Below, piece by piece: positions 23,639 to 32,398 of a stretch of DNA of 34,438 bases. The notes below the pieces were generated by a model. It was given only the letters and a program-made list of their open reading frames with translations. It had not been told where the DNA came from and ran no database searches. Source of the stretch: a bacterium (lineage in GTDB: Bacteria; Desulfobacterota; GWC2-55-46); assembly GCA_004298725.1 (NCBI GenBank), contig SCQA01000094.1, positions 1 through 34,438 of the forward strand, read 5' to 3'. The first letter of the stretch is position 1. The number at the start of each line of letters is the position of its first letter. Made by a program: the position numbers and the translations under genes.

Positions 23639-24304
23639 CTAATACTTCGATACGTTCATCTCCTCCATCTTGCCGGTTACCATATAAACCACGCGCTCAG
23701 CGATGTTCGTAACCCTGTCGGCTGTTCTTTCAAGGTTATGCGCGGCCCAGATAAGGTACGTGGCGTCTTTTATAATCTTCGGGTTTCCCACCATTAGCAT
23801 GACAAGCTCGGAGTAGATGGCGTCGTAGAGCGCGTCCACGTCGTCGTCCTCGTTGCAAATCCTGCGCGCCGTGTCAATGTCCCTTGCCACAAACGCGGCC
23901 ATGCACCTTTTAAGCATTGAATCGGCCTTTCCAGCCATAACCGGCAAATCCACAAGCGGCTTTACCAGCGGCGCGTTGCCTATGGAGAGGCTTATTTTCG
24001 CTATTCCCTCGGAGTGATCGCCTATGCGCTCAAGGTCAGTAATCACGTTTATAACGGCGGCAAGTATGCGCAAATCAACGGCCATGGGCTGTTGAGTGGC
24101 TATTAAGCGAATACACCTTTCCTCTATGTCAAACCTCTTTTGGTTTATGTGAATATCGTTTTTAACGACCTTCTCTGAAAGCGCCATATCGCGCTTTTCA
24201 AGGGCTGTCATGGCGCTATTAAGCGCTTCGCTTACCATGCCCGACATTTTCAGCAACTCGTCTTCTAAATCTTTTAAAGCCTTATGAAATAGTTCTCTTG
24301 TCAT
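23639..24304 (-). CDS. phoU: Phosphate transport system regulator PhoU
   Basis: 221 aa with two PhoU repeats (DLERIGDHSEGIA and NLERTADRVTNIAE). It is the last gene of the pst operon. Confidence 0.92.
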   Translation of the reverse strand: MTRELFHKALKDLEDELLKMSGMVSEALNSAMTALEKRDMALSEKVVKNDIHINQKRFDIEERCIRLIATQQPMAVDLRILAAVINVITDLERIGDHSEGIAKISLSIGNAPLVKPLVDLPVMAGKADSMLKRCMAAFVARDIDTARRICNEDDDVDALYDAIYSELVMLMVGNPKIIKDATYLIWAAHNLERTADRVTNIAERVVYMVTGKMEEMNVSKY

Positions 24305-24341
24305 CTTTCTTCTCCTGAGTTGCTATAGCTGTAGCAATTAA

Positions 24342-25115
24342 TTAACCGAACCTGCCGGTTATGTAATCTTCCGTCATCTGGTTTGAAGGCGTCGTGAAAA
24401 TCTTTTGCGTCTTGTCGAACTCCTTTACCTCGCCCATCATGAAAAACCCGGTCCATTCCGATACCCTCGCGGCCTGTTGCATATTATGCGTAACGATAAC
24501 CACGGTGTAATTCCTTTTCAGCTCGGTCATCATGTCTTCTATCTTGGCGGTTGCCACGGGGTCAAGGGCCGAGCACGGCTCGTCCATTAAAATAACATCC
24601 GGCTGAACGGCAATGGCCCGCGCTATGCAAAGCCTTTGCTGTTGGCCGCCGGACAGAGACAAGGCGGACTCGTTAAGCCTGTCTTTTATCTCGTCCCAAA
24701 GGGCGCTGTCTTTAAGCGCCTTTTCCACGAGAGCGGCAAGCTCGCTCTTTTTGCTTATGCCGTTAAGCTTCAACCCGAACGCGATGTTGTCAAATACGCT
24801 CATCGGAAACGGTGTGGGCTTTTGAAAGACCATGCCGATTTTGCTTCTCAGTTTGATAAGGTCAAGCCCTTTATCCAGAATATTGGCGTTGTCTAAAATA
24901 ATTTCGCCTTCGTAACGATTCCCGGCGTAAAGGTCGTGCATCCTGTTTAGGCACCTTAAAAAGGTGGTTTTGCCGCAACCGGATGGGCCTATAAGCGCGG
25001 TAACTTCATTTTCCTTTACCGCGATGGTTACGTTGTAAAGGGCCTGCTTGGAGCCGTAATAAAAATTAAGGCCCTTTATAATTATCTTGTCGTTGTGGTT
25101 GTTATTATCGTTCAT
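24342..25115 (-). CDS. pstB: Phosphate ABC transporter ATP-binding protein
   Basis: 257 aa from ATG 25115 (MNDNNNHND...). Walker [10 protein letters not shown], signature LSGGQQQRL and Walker B ILMDEP. The start overlaps the pstA stop (ATGA). The longer ORF-track N-terminus lies inside pstA. Confidence 0.95.
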   Translation of the reverse strand: MNDNNNHNDKIIIKGLNFYYGSKQALYNVTIAVKENEVTALIGPSGCGKTTFLRCLNRMHDLYAGNRYEGEIILDNANILDKGLDLIKLRSKIGMVFQKPTPFPMSVFDNIAFGLKLNGISKKSELAALVEKALKDSALWDEIKDRLNESALSLSGGQQQRLCIARAIAVQPDVILMDEPCSALDPVATAKIEDMMTELKRNYTVVIVTHNMQQAARVSEWTGFFMMGEVKEFDKTQKIFTTPSNQMTEDYITGRFG

Positions 25116-25957
25116 GAACCCGTCCTGCCGCGCAACAACAGTCTTGAAAGTATATTTATGAAAAGCACCGTGAAAGTTATAATAAAGGCTCCGCCCCAAG
25201 CCTTCGCGTGCCAGTCGTCATACGGCCCCATGGCGTAGTTGAATATGGTAACGGTAAGCGACGCGGTAGGCTCCGTTATATTTGAATTCCAGAATGCATT
25301 ATTAAAAGACGTAAACAAAAGCGGCGCGGTCTCGCCTGAAATGCGCGCCACGGCAAGCATTACGCCGGTTATTATGCCTCTAAACGCCCCTCTGTAAACA
25401 ACCTGCAGAGTAACCTTCCAATGAGGCGCGCCAAGGGCCAGCGCCGCCTCTCTTGTGGCGTCCGGCACAAGCTTTAGCATCTCCTCGGCGGTCCGCACCA
25501 CTACCGGAAGCATTATTATAGCAAGGGCCAACGCTCCGGCAACGGCTGAAAAACCCTTAAACGGCTTAACAAGCACCGCGTACACGAAAATGCCTATTAC
25601 AATGGACGGCGCGCTTACGAGTATGTCGCACAAAAACCTTACCACCGAGGCAAAGCGCTTCTTCCTTCCGTACTCGGACAGGTACGTTCCTGCGAGTATG
25701 CCCGCCGGCACGCCTATAACCGTTGCCATGCCGGTTATAAGCACGGTTCCCCAAATGGCGTTGGCAAGCCCGCCTCCGGCAACGCCGGGCGGCGACGGAA
25801 GCTCGGTAAAAAAGGCCATGTCCATCGCGCCGATGCCGGAGGAGAATACGTCCTTTAATATCCAGAACAAGAAAAATATACCAAATACGGCGCACAAAAG
25901 CGAGCCTGAGAGAGCGGCACAATTAAAAACTCTGCGCATGAGGTATCTTTTACTCAT
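25112..25957 (-). CDS. pstA: Phosphate ABC transporter permease PstA
   Basis: 281 aa, multi-pass permease with an EAA-type loop (REAALALGA). Overlaps pstC by 4 nt. Confidence 0.9.
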   Translation of the reverse strand: MSKRYLMRRVFNCAALSGSLLCAVFGIFFLFWILKDVFSSGIGAMDMAFFTELPSPPGVAGGGLANAIWGTVLITGMATVIGVPAGILAGTYLSEYGRKKRFASVVRFLCDILVSAPSIVIGIFVYAVLVKPFKGFSAVAGALALAIIMLPVVVRTAEEMLKLVPDATREAALALGAPHWKVTLQVVYRGAFRGIITGVMLAVARISGETAPLLFTSFNNAFWNSNITEPTASLTVTIFNYAMGPYDDWHAKAWGGAFIITFTVLFINILSRLLLRGRTGS

Positions 25958-26901
25958 GCCTTACCCCTTCCCTTTTGCGGCGCAAAACGCATAGTCATAA
26001 GCTTTGACAAAGCCAGCACTACAAACGTTATGGCGAAGAGTATCAAACCAAGCTCCACAAGGCCGGAGAGGTAAATGTCGTCCACGGCCTCTGTAAATTC
26101 GTTGGCCAGCGTGGCGGAAATGCTTGTAGCGGGGTCAAGAAGCGAAATGCTTAAATCATGCGAGTTGCCAATCATGAACGTAACCGCCATTGTCTCGCCA
26201 AGCGCCCTTCCAAGCCCGAGTATAACCGCGCCCATAATGCCTGACCTCGCAAACGGTATGACGATATTCCAGATAACCTCAAACTTCGTCGCGCCCATGC
26301 CGTAGCCGGACTCTTTCAGCATGGGCGGCACCATCAAAAAAACGTCGCGTATAACCGACGATATAAACGGTATTATCATAATGGCAAGAATAAAACCCGC
26401 GGGCAACATGCCAATGCCAAGCGGAGTGCCCCTGAAAAGCGGCAAAAAACCGAAATTTTCAATGAGAAACGGCTCGACATAAGCGGATAAAAACGGCGCG
26501 AAGACAAAAAGCCCCCACATGCCGTAAATTATTGACGGTATCGAAGCCAACAGCTCTATGGCGGCTCCTACCGGGCCTCTTATTTTTTTAGGAGCCATCT
26601 CGGTTAAAAATACGGCAATGCCTATGCTTACAGGCACGGCTATTACAATCGCTATGGCGGAAAGAACAATTGTGCCGTAAATAGCCGGCAGAGCGCCGAA
26701 GCTTGCACGCACGGGGTTCCAGTCCGTAGAATAAATGAACTTAAAACCGAATGCTTTGATAGCGGGTGCGGATTCAATGGCAAGCACCACAAAGAGGAAA
26801 AGCATCAAAACTATTATGAGCAGTGCGAAAAAAGACGAGACACCCTTAAAAAGGAAGTCCGCAAACCTGTCACGTTTATGCCTGTCAAGTATTCGCATCA
26901 T
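25954..26901 (-). CDS. pstC: Phosphate ABC transporter permease PstC
   Basis: 315 aa permease (KESGYGMGATKFE). Its position between pstS and pstA matches the canonical order. Confidence 0.9.
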   Translation of the reverse strand: MMRILDRHKRDRFADFLFKGVSSFFALLIIVLMLFLFVVLAIESAPAIKAFGFKFIYSTDWNPVRASFGALPAIYGTIVLSAIAIVIAVPVSIGIAVFLTEMAPKKIRGPVGAAIELLASIPSIIYGMWGLFVFAPFLSAYVEPFLIENFGFLPLFRGTPLGIGMLPAGFILAIMIIPFISSVIRDVFLMVPPMLKESGYGMGATKFEVIWNIVIPFARSGIMGAVILGLGRALGETMAVTFMIGNSHDLSISLLDPATSISATLANEFTEAVDDIYLSGLVELGLILFAITFVVLALSKLMTMRFAPQKGRGKA

Positions 26902-26905
26902 AGTT

Positions 26906-26933
26906 TGGTTATCGGTTGTCAGTTATCGGTTTC
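26906..26933. repeat. Tandem heptamer tract
   Basis: TGGTTAT CGGTTGT CAGTTAT CGGTTTC on the + strand, immediately next to the pstC start codon in the pstS-pstC spacer. Confidence 0.6.
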
Positions 26934-27002
26934 TTAACAAAGCTTCATACTTATTTAGATTAGCAGAACAATCACCCTATTTCCGTAAAGCACTTTTCCC
27001 AT

Positions 27003-27054
27003 CTTCCCCCGCCCCCAAGAAGGGGGTTGATATCCCAAGAAAGGGGCGGAGAAG
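27003..27054 (-). other. GC-rich nested hairpins in the pstS-pstC spacer
   Basis: The + strand reads CTTCCCCCGCCCCCAAGAAGGGGGTTGATATCCCAAGAAAGGGGCGGAGAAG. Inner hairpins are CCCCC-AAGAA-GGGGG and CCC-AAGAAA-GGG(G), and the outer arms are CTTCCCCCGCCCC / GGGGCGGAGAAG. Confidence 0.5.
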
Positions 27055-27116
27055 GATACAAAGTAAAGAACATGGGAACGTATCGGGTTTATTACGGCAA
27101 GCTCCGTTGACTCTTG

Positions 27117-28163
27117 CTACTTTTTAGAAACAGGCATACCGTCGCATCTTATTTCCTTAAACCAAGCGTTCTCCATGATGTCATACACCTGCTTGGGTAT
27201 TGGGACATAATCAAGAGCTTTGGCTGATTCAGCGCCGTTCTTGTACGCCCAATCAAAAAAGTCTAACACGGCTTTTGCGTTTTCGCAATTTGCAGGTTTT
27301 TTATGGACTATTATGAATGTTGCTCCGGCAATAGGCCACGCGCCCTTAGCGTCAGTGTCGGTAAGTATAACGGAAAAGCCAGGCGTATTTTTCCAGTTAG
27401 CCCCTGCCGCCGCAGTGCTAAAGCTTGCCATTGACGGCTCCACAAAAGCAGTGTCTTTGCCCTGCATTGAAATCGTTGTAAGCTTGTTTTGCACGGCGAA
27501 CGCGTATTCAACGTAGCCTATAGTATTTTTAATGCGCTTAACGTAAGTGGCCACGCCTTCATTGCCTTTGCCTCCTACGCCTTCAGGCCACTTTACCGCG
27601 GTGCCAAAACCAACCTTATCGCTCCAATCCTTGCTGACCTTTGACAGATAGTTCGTAAATATCCATGTTGTGCCGGATCCGTCAGCGCGGTAAACAGGCG
27701 TAATCCGCTCATCCGGCAATTTTACGCCCTGGTTAATAGCGGTAATCCTCGCGTCGCTCCACTTTTTTATCTTGCCAAGATAAATATCGGCGAGCACGGA
27801 CGGAGTAAGCTTAACGCGGCCGGATTTTACGCCGTCTATATTCACAACAGGCACAACGCCGCCTATAGCCATCGGGAACTGCATAAGGCCCGCTTCATCA
27901 AGCTCCTTAGCGGATAAAGGCGCGTCTGAAGCGCCGAAGTCAACGGTGCCGGCTTTAATCTGCTTTATGCCGCCGCCGCTTCCTATTGACTGATAATTCA
28001 GCTTCAGCTGTGTCTGTTTATTGTAATCATACGTCCACTTCGCGTAAAGCGGGTAAGGGAAAGTAGCGCCGGCGCCGTTTATTGCCGGAGCCGCAAAAGC
28101 TACCGCCGAAATAGCCGCCAAAAAACTCAGGGCAAGCGTTGCAATCAAAGACTTCTTCGCCAT
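27117..28163 (-). CDS. pstS: Periplasmic phosphate-binding protein PstS
   Basis: 348 aa with a signal peptide (MAKKSLIATLALSFLAAISAVAFA). GAGATFPYPLY and SIGSGGGIKQ are typical of PstS. GGAGG lies 6 nt upstream of the ATG. Confidence 0.92.
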   Translation of the reverse strand: MAKKSLIATLALSFLAAISAVAFAAPAINGAGATFPYPLYAKWTYDYNKQTQLKLNYQSIGSGGGIKQIKAGTVDFGASDAPLSAKELDEAGLMQFPMAIGGVVPVVNIDGVKSGRVKLTPSVLADIYLGKIKKWSDARITAINQGVKLPDERITPVYRADGSGTTWIFTNYLSKVSKDWSDKVGFGTAVKWPEGVGGKGNEGVATYVKRIKNTIGYVEYAFAVQNKLTTISMQGKDTAFVEPSMASFSTAAAGANWKNTPGFSVILTDTDAKGAWPIAGATFIIVHKKPANCENAKAVLDFFDWAYKNGAESAKALDYVPIPKQVYDIMENAWFKEIRCDGMPVSKK

Positions 28164-28188
28164 TTTGAACCTCCTTATTAACGCATAA

Positions 28189-28233
28189 AATATATCAAGG
28201 TTATTTTACAGCCGTGTTACAGCAGTGTTAAAC
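28189..28233 (-). promoter_or_regulatory. Pho box plus -10 element of the pstS promoter
   Basis: The - strand reads GTTTAAC-ACTG-CTGTAAC-ACGG-CTGTAAA-(10 nt)-TATATT. These are 7-bp direct repeats with 11-bp periodicity matching the enterobacterial Pho-box consensus CTGTCAT-N4-CTGTCAT, placed where a -35 would be. The start codon is about 26 nt downstream of the -10. Confidence 0.65.
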
Positions 28234-28333
28234 TCACGCTACGCGCGAATAGTAACGTTGTTTAAGTGGCATCTGGCAAACACCTCTACGGTAAAAAACT
28301 TTTATTCATTCTCTTTTTTTGCTTTTTTTGAAG

Positions 28334-28507
28334 TTACGCGGCCTTTCTTGCGTGGGCTCTTAGAATACGCCCCAGCAACATCGGGCATCTGTAATGCTCC
28401 TCCGTGGAGCAGTATGCCGTCTTATCATCTTGATCCGGCGCCACTAAACCCACTGAAGCTCCGCATATTGCCTCTGCTGCGTGATTTTCTAAATATGGAC
28501 ATTCCAT
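28334..28507 (-). CDS. Small Cys-rich protein, 57 aa (not in the ORF track because it is under 60 aa)
   Basis: Hand translation of the - strand gives MECPYLENHAAEAICGASVGLVAPDQDDKTAYCSTEEHYRCPMLLGRILRAHARKAA, ending in TAA. GGAGG (28513-28517) lies 5 nt upstream of the ATG. A Pho-box plus -10 promoter lies 38-71 nt upstream. It contains four Cys (CPY...C...YC...YRCP). Confidence 0.5.
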   Translation of the reverse strand: MECPYLENHAAEAICGASVGLVAPDQDDKTAYCSTEEHYRCPMLLGRILRAHARKAA

Positions 28508-28544
28508 ATCTTCCTCCTTTTTATCTCTGTTTTTTTCTGCTAAA

Positions 28545-28578
28545 AATATACACGTCTATTGTTACAACATTATGACAG
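28545..28578 (-). promoter_or_regulatory. Second Pho box plus -10 element, upstream of the 57-aa Cys-rich ORF
   Basis: The - strand reads CTGTCAT-AATG-TTGTAAC-(10 nt)-TATATT, the same 7-4-7-10-hexamer architecture as the pstS promoter. Confidence 0.6.
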
Positions 28579-28619
28579 TTAAAAGGACGTTCCGTGACAC
28601 AACCGTTTTCAAATTTGGA

Positions 28620-28648
28620 TTGACCCTGTTACTTGCATCATGTAGGAT
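28620..28648 (+). promoter_or_regulatory. Sigma-70-type promoter candidate upstream of hemL
   Basis: TTGACC-17 nt-TAGGAT, about 58 nt upstream of the hemL ATG, which is preceded by AAGGAG. Confidence 0.4.
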
Positions 28649-28706
28649 ATACTTAAACTGATTATAAACATGGCAAAATTCACATATTCACAAGGAGCCT
28701 GAAGAG

Positions 28707-29990
28707 ATGAAAAGCAAAAAATCAGCGCAAATCCTTAAAAGAGCACTGAAATTAATTCCCGGCGGAGTAAACAGCCCTGTAAGAGCGTTCAAAGCCGTAG
28801 GCGGCAAACCGCTCTTTATATCCAAAGCAAAAGGCTCTAAGATTTACGACGCCGACGGCAACTGCTTTATCGACTATATCGGCTCATGGGGGCCGATGAT
28901 ACTCGGGCACGCGCACCCAAGGGTTATATCCGCCATTAAAAAAACCGCGGACAAAAGCACCAGCTTCGGCGCTCCGTCGGAGCTGGAAGTAACTCTCGCG
29001 GAACTGACGTTAAAAGCCTTTCCATCAATGGACATGGTGCGCTTCGTAAGCTCCGGCACCGAGGCCACTATGAGCGCGATACGCCTTGCCCGCGCTTATA
29101 CAAAAAGAGACGGCATACTGAAATTTGACGGCTGTTATCACGGCCACGCAGACAGCCTTCTTGTAAAAGCAGGCTCCGGAGCCGCCACCTTCGGCGTACC
29201 AGACAGCCCGGGCGTGCCGGCGGACCTCGCAAAACACACGTTTAACGCCGCGTACAACGACATAAGCTCGGTAAAAGCCGTTTTCGAAGCAAACCCTTCG
29301 GACATTGCCGCTGTCATAGTTGAAGGCGTACCCGGCAACATGGGCGTGGTGCTTCCGAAAGAAGGCTTTTTGGAATCTCTCAAAAAACTCTGCGAAACAT
29401 ACGGCGCGCTCCTTATAATGGACGAAGTAATGAGCGGCTTTAGGCTCTGCTACGGCGGCGCGCAAAAGATTCACAAAATAAACCCGGACATCACCTGCCT
29501 CGGCAAAGTCATCGGAGGCGGCCTGCCTGTAGGCGCCTTCGGGGGCAAACGGCAAATAATGGAAATGCTCTCGCCGTCCGGTCCCGTGTATCAGGCCGGA
29601 ACGCTCTCCGGCAACCCGGTTGCCATGGTAGCCGGAATAGAAACGCTGAAACTCCTTCAAAAAAAAGGCACCTACGAAAAGCTCTACGTTACAACAGACT
29701 CGCTTTATAAAGGCATCCTCGGAATCGCGAAGCGGCACTCGGTTCCGTGCCATATAAGCGTGGCAGGCGCGATGTTTACCGTATTTTTCACTGAAAATAT
29801 AGTGCACAACTACAGCGACGCACGAACATCAGACCTTGCTAAATTCTCAAAATACTTTACAACGATGCTCAAAAACGGCGTCTACCTGCCGCCGTCTCAA
29901 TTCGAAGCGGTTTTTGTAAGTCTCGCCCACTCAAAGGACGACATTTCAAAAACCCTTGAAGCTGTAGAAAAGAGCTTCAAATCGCTGTAA
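28707..29990 (+). CDS. hemL: Glutamate-1-semialdehyde 2,1-aminomutase
   Basis: 427 aa. LIPGGVNSPVRAF, FVSSGTEATMSAIRLAR, DEVMSGFR and LGKVIGGGLPVGAFGG (PLP Lys region). Confidence 0.95.
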   Translation: MKSKKSAQILKRALKLIPGGVNSPVRAFKAVGGKPLFISKAKGSKIYDADGNCFIDYIGSWGPMILGHAHPRVISAIKKTADKSTSFGAPSELEVTLAELTLKAFPSMDMVRFVSSGTEATMSAIRLARAYTKRDGILKFDGCYHGHADSLLVKAGSGAATFGVPDSPGVPADLAKHTFNAAYNDISSVKAVFEANPSDIAAVIVEGVPGNMGVVLPKEGFLESLKKLCETYGALLIMDEVMSGFRLCYGGAQKIHKINPDITCLGKVIGGGLPVGAFGGKRQIMEMLSPSGPVYQAGTLSGNPVAMVAGIETLKLLQKKGTYEKLYVTTDSLYKGILGIAKRHSVPCHISVAGAMFTVFFTENIVHNYSDARTSDLAKFSKYFTTMLKNGVYLPPSQFEAVFVSLAHSKDDISKTLEAVEKSFKSL

Positions 29991-30015
29991 AAAGCATTAC
30001 TTCAATAATAACTCA

Positions 30016-30057
30016 CACTGACCATGTCCCTTATTGGTATGGTCAGTGCTCGTTATT
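30016..30057 (+). terminator. Terminator candidate after hemL
   Basis: Perfect 10-bp stem CACTGACCAT / ATGGTCAGTG with a 13-nt loop, then CTCGTTATTT. Confidence 0.45.
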
Positions 30058-30124
30058 TAACTAATAATTTAATTACGTGTTAATGCCTGTAATAATATCA
30101 TAATATGTTTATCTTGACAAAACC

Positions 30125-30568
30125 ATGAAATTACTTTTTAATAAAGCAATGCAGTTAAGTAACGTTCACATCCTGATCCTTGCGGTAATCATCTGTTGCA
30201 TTACAGGTTGCGCTGAGATTATGGGCATTCAACCTCAACCAAATATTCAACAGGAGAATGCAAACCTGAAAAAACAAGTCGCTGACCTTGAGGCTTCTCT
30301 AAAAAAGACAAAGCTCAAGATAGACGATATGAGCGATGAACTTGAACTGTTAAACAACATAGTCAGCAACAAAAGCGTGCAGGAGTGCCTTGAAAAAGAG
30401 GCGGACAGGCTGTACATGAGGGGTATGCAACTATACCTTGCCGACAACTTCACAGAGGCCATAACAGCGTGGAAGGATCTTTTGAAGGTTGACCCTGAAC
30501 ATGAAAACGCCAAGATATACATAGACAGGGCAAGGAGAAAATTAAAAGGAATACAGAAGCTGAAGTAA
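30125..30568 (+). CDS. Putative lipoprotein with coiled-coil and a TPR-like C-terminal region
   Basis: 147 aa. Hydrophobic segment followed by lipobox ITGC. No SD. An alternative start at ATG 30149 sits 6 nt after a TTGACA-17-TTTAAT promoter-like pair, which would give a possible leaderless mRNA. Confidence 0.5.
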   Translation: MKLLFNKAMQLSNVHILILAVIICCITGCAEIMGIQPQPNIQQENANLKKQVADLEASLKKTKLKIDDMSDELELLNNIVSNKSVQECLEKEADRLYMRGMQLYLADNFTEAITAWKDLLKVDPEHENAKIYIDRARRKLKGIQKLK

Positions 30569-30721
30569 ACACATTGGCGTAATCGTTTGCCCTTTTACAG
30601 GAAGGCAATACGTAGGGCATTGTCTTCGCCTGAACCAGCAAACGCCGCAAAAGACCAAATTTCTATAGACGGCACAATCCACACCACTGAAAAAAACATC
30701 AACTTGAAAGGATGCCTACCC

Positions 30722-31165
30722 ATGCGTCTAAGAACCGGTCTGCATAAAACAGCCTTTGTATTTTTTGCCTGCCTTATTCTGCAATGCTCAAATACGTCCG
30801 CGCAAACCGCGTTGGATAAAAACATTACTGGCGTTCCAGAGCGCCCGTCCACTGCGTCAGAAACACAGGAGAATTCAACCGACCACGATAACGCCTCACA
30901 TCCACTTTCTTCATACACTGTGCCAACGCTCTCTCATGAGACGTGGCCGGAGCAGTTGCCCATTACCCTGCCTGCCGTCACACGCCGATTGATTTACGAA
31001 GATAATAAAGGAAAGACGCGGGTGCTAACCATTACGCATCCGTCAAAAACAATGCCGGAAGGTGAATTGGCGGCATATGTAAAAAGATGTAAAAACGAAT
31101 GCACGCGCCTATGCGACAACGACGGCGTGTGCCTGCCTCTTTGCCGGGAAGCGTGCGAGGAATGA
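30722..31165 (+). CDS. Hypothetical secreted protein with a Cys-rich C-terminus
   Basis: 147 aa from ATG 30722 (MRLRTGLHKTAFVFFACLILQCSNTSAQ signal-like). The C-terminus reads CKNECTRLCDNDGVCLPLCREACEE. The ORF-track TTG at 30587 is less likely. Confidence 0.4.
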   Translation: MRLRTGLHKTAFVFFACLILQCSNTSAQTALDKNITGVPERPSTASETQENSTDHDNASHPLSSYTVPTLSHETWPEQLPITLPAVTRRLIYEDNKGKTRVLTITHPSKTMPEGELAAYVKRCKNECTRLCDNDGVCLPLCREACEE

Positions 31166-31198
31166 CAAGGCTGATAAAAAAGCGGGAAGAGCTGAGCT

Positions 31199-31227
31199 GT
31201 AGAGACAGGTTTAAAGCCTGTCTCTAC
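31199..31227. terminator. Perfect 11-bp hairpin between convergent genes
   Basis: GTAGAGACAGG-tttaaag-CCTGTCTCTAC. There is no adjacent U-run on either strand, so terminator function is uncertain. Confidence 0.3.
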
Positions 31228-31258
31228 GAAGAACGGCTCTTACTTTGCGATACCAAAG

Positions 31259-31296
31259 CATAACGTGGCGCTACGGCTGTACACTGCCACGTTATG
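31259..31296. terminator. Perfect 11-bp hairpin between convergent genes
   Basis: CATAACGTGGC-16 nt-GCCACGTTATG. There is no clear U-run. Confidence 0.3.
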
Positions 31297-31346
31297 TTGC
31301 CAAAAGTTCCTTAGGTTAAAACAGCCGTTGCGCCGCAAGCGCGTCG

Positions 31347-32396
31347 TCACGCGAGATTTAACGGCAATTTTTCCGGACTTTTTTCCATTGCCTTTAGCGC
31401 TTCTTTAGCATAGCGCGCCTCTGTTTTTATGCCGAGGCCTTCGGCCTCTTTAAGCGCCTTTTTAATGGTAGCCACGCCTTTTGAACAGCTACGCGAGAAC
31501 TCAATCTGCCCCGTTGAAATCATGCAGTATACAACTCCGCGCCTGTCGCCGGTCTCTTTAAAAAGCTTGTAAGCCGAGGCAAAGTCTTTGCCTGCTTGCG
31601 CGTCTTTGCCAAGCATTAAAAAAGCGCTCCCCTCGCCCCATAGCGTATAGGCATAACTTACCTTATCGCCTATCTTTTTATAGTTTGTCTTCGCCTTTTT
31701 AAAATACTCAAGGCTCTCTTTGAAACGCTCCGTCATGCGAAGCGAATTTGCAATGCCGCAGTATGAGTAAGCAATGCCGAATGTATCTCTTGAGCCTCTG
31801 AAAACCCTGTTGGCATCCTTATAATATTTGCCGGATAAGGCATAATCGCCAGCCACCCTATGCGCTCCGCCAAGACCGGTAAGACAGTAACCTACGCCGC
31901 TAATATCTTTATGCGCCCTAAAAATTTCCTTTGCGTCGTTAAAACCTTTAAGCGCGCCTTTAATGTCTCCTTTCAGCCTTAGAGCGCCGGCGCGCGCCCA
32001 CATGGTAAAGGCAACGCCAGCCATGTCACCAAGCTTTTTGTAACGGCCAAGGCACGTATTAAAAATCAGCAGAGCAGGGGTTAACTCGCCGACGGCCCGC
32101 TTTGACAGCCCTAACCCGACAAGCGCGTCAAGGCAAGCAGCCTCGCCTCCGGCCTTGCCGGACTTCCATATTTTTAGAGAAAGAGCGTGCGCCTCTTTAT
32201 ACCAGCGCGCGGCTGTTTTAAAACCGCCTGTCATGCGGCAGGTGTCGCCAAGGCAAAACGCCGAGTCAGCCTTAAGCGCAACGTCACTGCCGGATAATTC
32301 ATACGCCTTGACATACAGGGGTATGGCTGAAAGAAACCGCGACTTAACCCTGTGCTTTTCCGCGGCGCTAAAGATTTTGTTCGGATCTTCCGGCAT
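31347..32396 (-). CDS. Tetratricopeptide-repeat protein
   Basis: 349 aa with a recurring unit of about 40 aa (A..Y...A...F...GD..G.A....G). The start is 2 nt after the glyQ stop. Confidence 0.7.
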   Translation of the reverse strand: MPEDPNKIFSAAEKHRVKSRFLSAIPLYVKAYELSGSDVALKADSAFCLGDTCRMTGGFKTAARWYKEAHALSLKIWKSGKAGGEAACLDALVGLGLSKRAVGELTPALLIFNTCLGRYKKLGDMAGVAFTMWARAGALRLKGDIKGALKGFNDAKEIFRAHKDISGVGYCLTGLGGAHRVAGDYALSGKYYKDANRVFRGSRDTFGIAYSYCGIANSLRMTERFKESLEYFKKAKTNYKKIGDKVSYAYTLWGEGSAFLMLGKDAQAGKDFASAYKLFKETGDRRGVVYCMISTGQIEFSRSCSKGVATIKKALKEAEGLGIKTEARYAKEALKAMEKSPEKLPLNLA

Positions 32397-32398
32397 AA

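Noticed and set aside
23298-23642. 114-aa + strand ORF and the overlapping 65-aa - strand ORF between the RAYT and phoU.
   Set aside because: The region is built from REP and palindromic repeats. The ORFs read through the hairpins, lack SDs and have no family resemblance.
28225-28575. 116-aa + strand ORF in the pstS-hemL intergenic region.
   Set aside because: It has no SD, a Phe/Leu-rich nonsense-like sequence, and it spans both Pho-box promoters. The opposite strand carries a short ORF with a strong SD and promoter, which explains the region better.
31199-31227. Possible relationship of the hairpin GTAGAGACAGG/CCTGTCTCTAC to the MITE terminal repeat (shared 8-mer TGTCTCTA).
   Set aside because: Similarity is limited to 8 nt and does not extend into the rest of the terminal repeat, so it is most simply a coincidence. 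It would need a genome-wide alignment of MITE ends to revisit.
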